A stretch of 63,418 nucleotides of DNA, the filler included, from Saprolegnia diclina VS20 (Eukaryota): NCBI RefSeq assembly GCF_000281045.1. It is 11 parts of 2 records of this genome, joined end to end, with 100 filler letters (N's around TTAATTAATTAA, not from the genome) between each part and the next. Parts side by side here need not be neighbours in the genome. Positions count along the whole stretch, not along the records: positions 58,519 to 60,194 come from NW_008246098.1; positions 60,295 to 62,031 come from NW_008246098.1; positions 62,132 to 63,418 come from NW_008246098.1; 8 more parts are not named here. One strand, written 5' to 3'. Positions within the stretch are counted from its first letter, which is position 1, and every line of letters begins with the position of its first letter. This document shows positions 59,873-63,418 of the stretch, piece by piece. Below the pieces are notes generated by a model. The model saw nothing but the letters and a program-made list of their open reading frames with translations. It did no database searches and was not told the DNA's origin. The position numbers and the translations under genes were made by a program.

Positions 59873-61149
59873 TGGTGGAATCATCAGCGTTGGCACCTGT
59901 GCACCGGTGCATGTGCTCTATCGCGCTCGCTCGGTGGCTTCTATTTCGCTCAAAGGGGCGTCGCTACCATGTCGTGTGGGCTGGTTGGGGCAGCATACGG
60001 AGCTGCGTCTCCCTCGGACTCGCAACAAGGTATCCCGCATGGCCAAGTAACTTGAGCCGAACGCTCGGGGAATGCATCCTAGCGACTACCTCGATCAAGC
60101 TCTGATCTTTGCCTTGACAAACCAAAGAATCATGGTACGACAACATGTATATTACGAAAGGGAGCCGACAGCGCTCGACAAACAACAGCGAATCNNNNNN
60201 NNNNNNNNNNNNNNNNNNNNNNNNNNNNNNNNNNNNNNTTAATTAATTAANNNNNNNNNNNNNNNNNNNNNNNNNNNNNNNNNNNNNNNNNNNNCAGTGA
60301 ACGACTTGCAGTGACTGCTCATGCCCGGTAGCAATATCGGATATTGTTTTGCCGCCGACCCCATCACCGATTGTCGATTGGGTGCTCTGGGTGTGTTGCT
60401 TCCTAGTACCACATCGAGGCGTCCGTGACGACAGCACGCATGAGAAGCTAGTGCTAGACTCTAGCACCAGCTCAAGCGACTCTAACACGTAGAGTCGCTT
60501 GATCAGCTACTGCCAAACAAGATCCATAAAAGCAGTACGATTGGATGGATGGTCCCGAGTCCAACCGTCTCGCACATGGCCAGCTCTGAGCATCGACCTC
60601 CACTGCCGGCACCTATGTTTGCAAAAGAAGCGCGCGCCCTGAGAGAGTAGCTTGTCTTGGTATTGTTGGCGAGCGAGTGTCGAACGTCGCGTCAATATGT
60701 GGTAGCGCTCAGACGAGCCATGTCGTGGCAGTTCGCTCCATCACCCGATGCAACACGTCACCGCGCAACTATGAATCACCGCTCGAGTTCTCCTCCTCTA
60801 CACTGTTGGTGGTGGTGATGGAGGTACGGCAAAGTGATATGCGTTGCTTCCGAGATTTGTCTGCCACACAGCTCGTCCAGAGTCGCCATGAGCCCGTCTC
60901 CTGCGTCGCCGTACCGTTCATGCACGGCGAAGAGAAGCAAGCGCGGATTCAATGCGGTGTCGATGCCCAAAGTATTGTCCACTGACGCTTCTTTCGATAC
61001 TGTCCTTGGAAATTGTGGGCCGGAAAGACCACCAGCACTTACAAGCCACACCGAATGGCTGCCAACCAGATTCGACGTGGAAGATTCACTTTTACCGGCA
61101 AACGCGAGGCCTCAAGCACACTCCAAAGACCAGCGTGGCGCAGCAATGC

Positions 61150-61680
61150 TAGCATCGGCTCGGCTTGACCCCGGCTTGGAGCCGGCTCGAAAAAATGAAG
61201 CCAGCCAGTCACTTTTCTCGGCAAGCCACGGCTCAGCTGTTGGAGCCGAGCCGCGGTGACCCCTAGCCTAGCTAGCATAGTAGAGTCTTCGAGTCGTCGT
61301 AGCGTCGAGTCCCGTCAATCGATTTACGGTGGTATCGTTCGAGTCGTGGAGCCGATGGCTCGCCGCTTTTGCACCGGTGTTGGCTTTACTGTCTCGGCTC
61401 GGCTTCAAGCCGAGCTGAACCGAGCCGTTGATGGGCGAGCCTATGGAGTCGTAAACGGCCACAAAAATGGCACACATTTTTCAACATTTGGCGGCCACTA
61501 ACGAGGGTCGCTGTGGCTCGCTTGGCTCGGTTCGGCTCGGCTCGGCTTCGAGCCGGCTCTAAATCTCGACCCTGAGCCAGCTTGTGTTGCGGCTCCAGCG
61601 GCTCTAGAAGAAAACAATTCAGGCTCTATTCCCGAGCCGGCTCGAAGTCAAGCCGAGCCGTTGAGGGTCGAGCTCGCGGA
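61150..61680. repeat. GAGCC/GGCTC-rich region resembling DNA-transposon subterminal repeats
   Basis: More than 20 GAGCC/GGCTC motifs on both strands, including GGCTCGGTTCGGCTCGGCTCGGCTTCGAGCCGGCTC; no TSD found. Confidence 0.45.
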
Positions 61681-62431
61681 CACTCGACGTGGGGAAAGGA
61701 GGTTGCTTCAGTATCCGGAAACATTTTCCGGATGGCCATCGTCTTGTGCCGCCACGTCACCGCCCACTATACGAGAGGAGATGTAGCACTTGGTCTGTGT
61801 CATCCCACGGTCAGCGACTCAGATGCTGCGCGAAGGTGAAATGCTCACCTTATGACGCGGATTGTACGCAGCTTCAAGAATTCTACTTCTGGCCAACAAG
61901 GAGGAAAGAAGAAACAGTACCCACCTCGCCTTCAACAACAATCCATCATTTGCATGGCGACGACCACGAGTTTGTCACCGACGCCCCAACGCTGCCGTCG
62001 CCGCCAGCTCTCGCCCGAGCAAAAGGAAATGNNNNNNNNNNNNNNNNNNNNNNNNNNNNNNNNNNNNNNNNNNNNTTAATTAATTAANNNNNNNNNNNNN
62101 NNNNNNNNNNNNNNNNNNNNNNNNNNNNNNNACCGCGGGCCATCGAAACCACTACTCCTTAGACTGCTTCTGCCACTTGGCAAGGACGAAAAGGCAACGG
62201 AGAGTAGTGCTAGTGATTATGTAGCTATTTCCAAGGACAAAACATGCTCAAAGTTGCAGGCTATGTAGTCTACAGAGCAGCTTTGACGATGGGGTTAGGG
62301 TAGGGTTGGGGCAACCTCCTTGCGTTCAGGTTCGGCTTTGTATAGATATAGGAGTCACGCCGACAATGTTATACGATACGCTATGCTTTCGTGGTCGATT
62401 ACTTGTCGATTCTACGTGTAGGATGCCTGGC

Positions 62432-63418
62432 TTAGAGAAGCGGCGCGGCCGGGGGTGGCGCCCCCCACTCCTGCGTCTTCCACCATTCGGGCTGCGGGAG
62501 GTGACACCCCATCCTTGTGGGTCGTTGGCAGCACACGCGAACGCGGTCCGAGTCAAAGTACAGTGGCGTCTGTCGCGTGTCATCGTAAAGACAGAGGTAC
62601 TGCATGGCGCGTGGCAGCGCAGCATCTAAAAGGCGGCAGCGCTCATCGTCCCACGCCAGGTTGTGCAGACCAAGGCGCTGGAGTCGACGACAGCGGGGCA
62701 ATACCGGTGCGAGCCAGTGTACAAGTGCGCGCTCGGCTACGGTTTCGTTGCGCCAGCGGACGCGCAGTCGGAGCTCCTCGAGCCGACGCAGCTGCGGCAA
62801 GACAAGCGACAGCGTCTTTGCCATCGCAGTTGACGCCTCAACAAACGTAAGGCTGACGTGCGAGATCGCATCCATGGTCGGCAAGACAGCAAGCACGTGC
62901 ACGACGGCGTCGCTAGGTGCGTCGGGACGCGGCGTCGTCTCGTCCCGCAGACGCAAGTGCGTGAGCCGTGCGCCGTGGAGCGCCCGAAGCAACGGACCTG
63001 CGTCGTGCAGCTCGAACGTAGCAAGGTCCAGATGCCGCAAGCTCGATGGCAGCGGCCGGTGGAGATACGCCTGAAAAATGCCCGTCCCGTACGACAGCTC
63101 GAGCGTTCGAAGTGTCGTACAGGCGTGCAGCGCGTTCGCCATGGCCCGTGCCCGCCCCGGCACGCGAACATGGAGAAAGTTGAGGCGCAGTGTGCGCAGC
63201 GCAAGGCGCGCCACGGTAGCCACGAGCTGCGTCTCGAGAAACGTGTTGAAGAGCGGGTCGCCGGCGTTGGCAATGCACAGCGTCTCGAGCTGGGCGGGCA
63301 GCGCGGCGAAGAAGGTTCGGAGCGCGTCGGTGGTGTCGCTCTGCGCCATGTGCAGGAGGTCCACACGCCGCAGCAAGGGCGCCGAGCGCATCCAGCCTGC
63401 AACAGCGACGAGATGCGC
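62432..63418 (-). CDS. RNI-like leucine-rich repeat protein, 5' end outside the window
   Basis: LRTLRLNFL, LRTLELSYG, LRHLDLATF, LTHLRLRD, LQRLGLHNLAW. Confidence 0.7.
   Translation of the reverse strand, partial: AHLVAVAGWMRSAPLLRRVDLLHMAQSDTTDALRTFFAALPAQLETLCIANAGDPLFNTFLETQLVATVARLALRTLRLNFLHVRVPGRARAMANALHACTTLRTLELSYGTGIFQAYLHRPLPSSLRHLDLATFELHDAGPLLRALHGARLTHLRLRDETTPRPDAPSDAVVHVLAVLPTMDAISHVSLTFVEASTAMAKTLSLVLPQLRRLEELRLRVRWRNETVAERALVHWLAPVLPRCRRLQRLGLHNLAWDDERCRLLDAALPRAMQYLCLYDDTRQTPLYFDSDRVRVCCQRPTRMGCHLPQPEWWKTQEWGAPPPAAPLL

Noticed and set aside
16595..62131. Recurrent TTAATTAATTAA palindrome as a biological repeat
   Set aside because: Always embedded in ~100-nt N blocks and has stops in all six frames, so it is an assembly linker; gene neighbourhoods across these points are not trusted

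Overview
Eukaryotic, GC-rich genomic DNA from an oomycete, most likely Saprolegniales (Saprolegnia/Achlya-like). This rests on an oomycete INR+FPR core promoter, uniform 40-52 nt GT-AG introns, and lineage-typical gene families (PX-tailed myosin, BT1 transporter, CxxHGGG zinc-finger arrays, a giant duplicated membrane protein, ankyrin/LRR families). The window is a patchwork of contigs joined by ten artificial N-TTAATTAATTAA-N linkers, so adjacency across them is unreliable. Positions 1-16.6 kb hold a myosin-PX, Costars, a CENP-E-like kinesin-7 whose spliced C-terminus ends in a CaaX box, an ankyrin+Ig-like protein, a small protein with two MPLKIP/TTDN1-like motifs, and two tandem transmembrane nucleotide cyclases. 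Positions 16.7-26.9 kb are decayed transposon sequence (Copia RT fragment, Helitron Rep, an oppositely oriented PIF1 helicase, a Ulp1 protease). Positions 27-36 kb hold two acidic SMYD-like SET genes with degenerate active sites, CHIP/STUB1, an M20 amidohydrolase and a zinc-finger array. Further on are an S10 carboxypeptidase fragment, two papain-like proteases, a BT1 transporter, an intact hAT-type MITE, LRR/ankyrin genes, a 1.7k-aa membrane protein and unclassified repeats. I see no clearly new multi-gene system. The best leads are the cyclase with inverted domain roles and an E/K specificity pair, the probable pseudo-SET pair, and the double-MPLKIP-motif protein.
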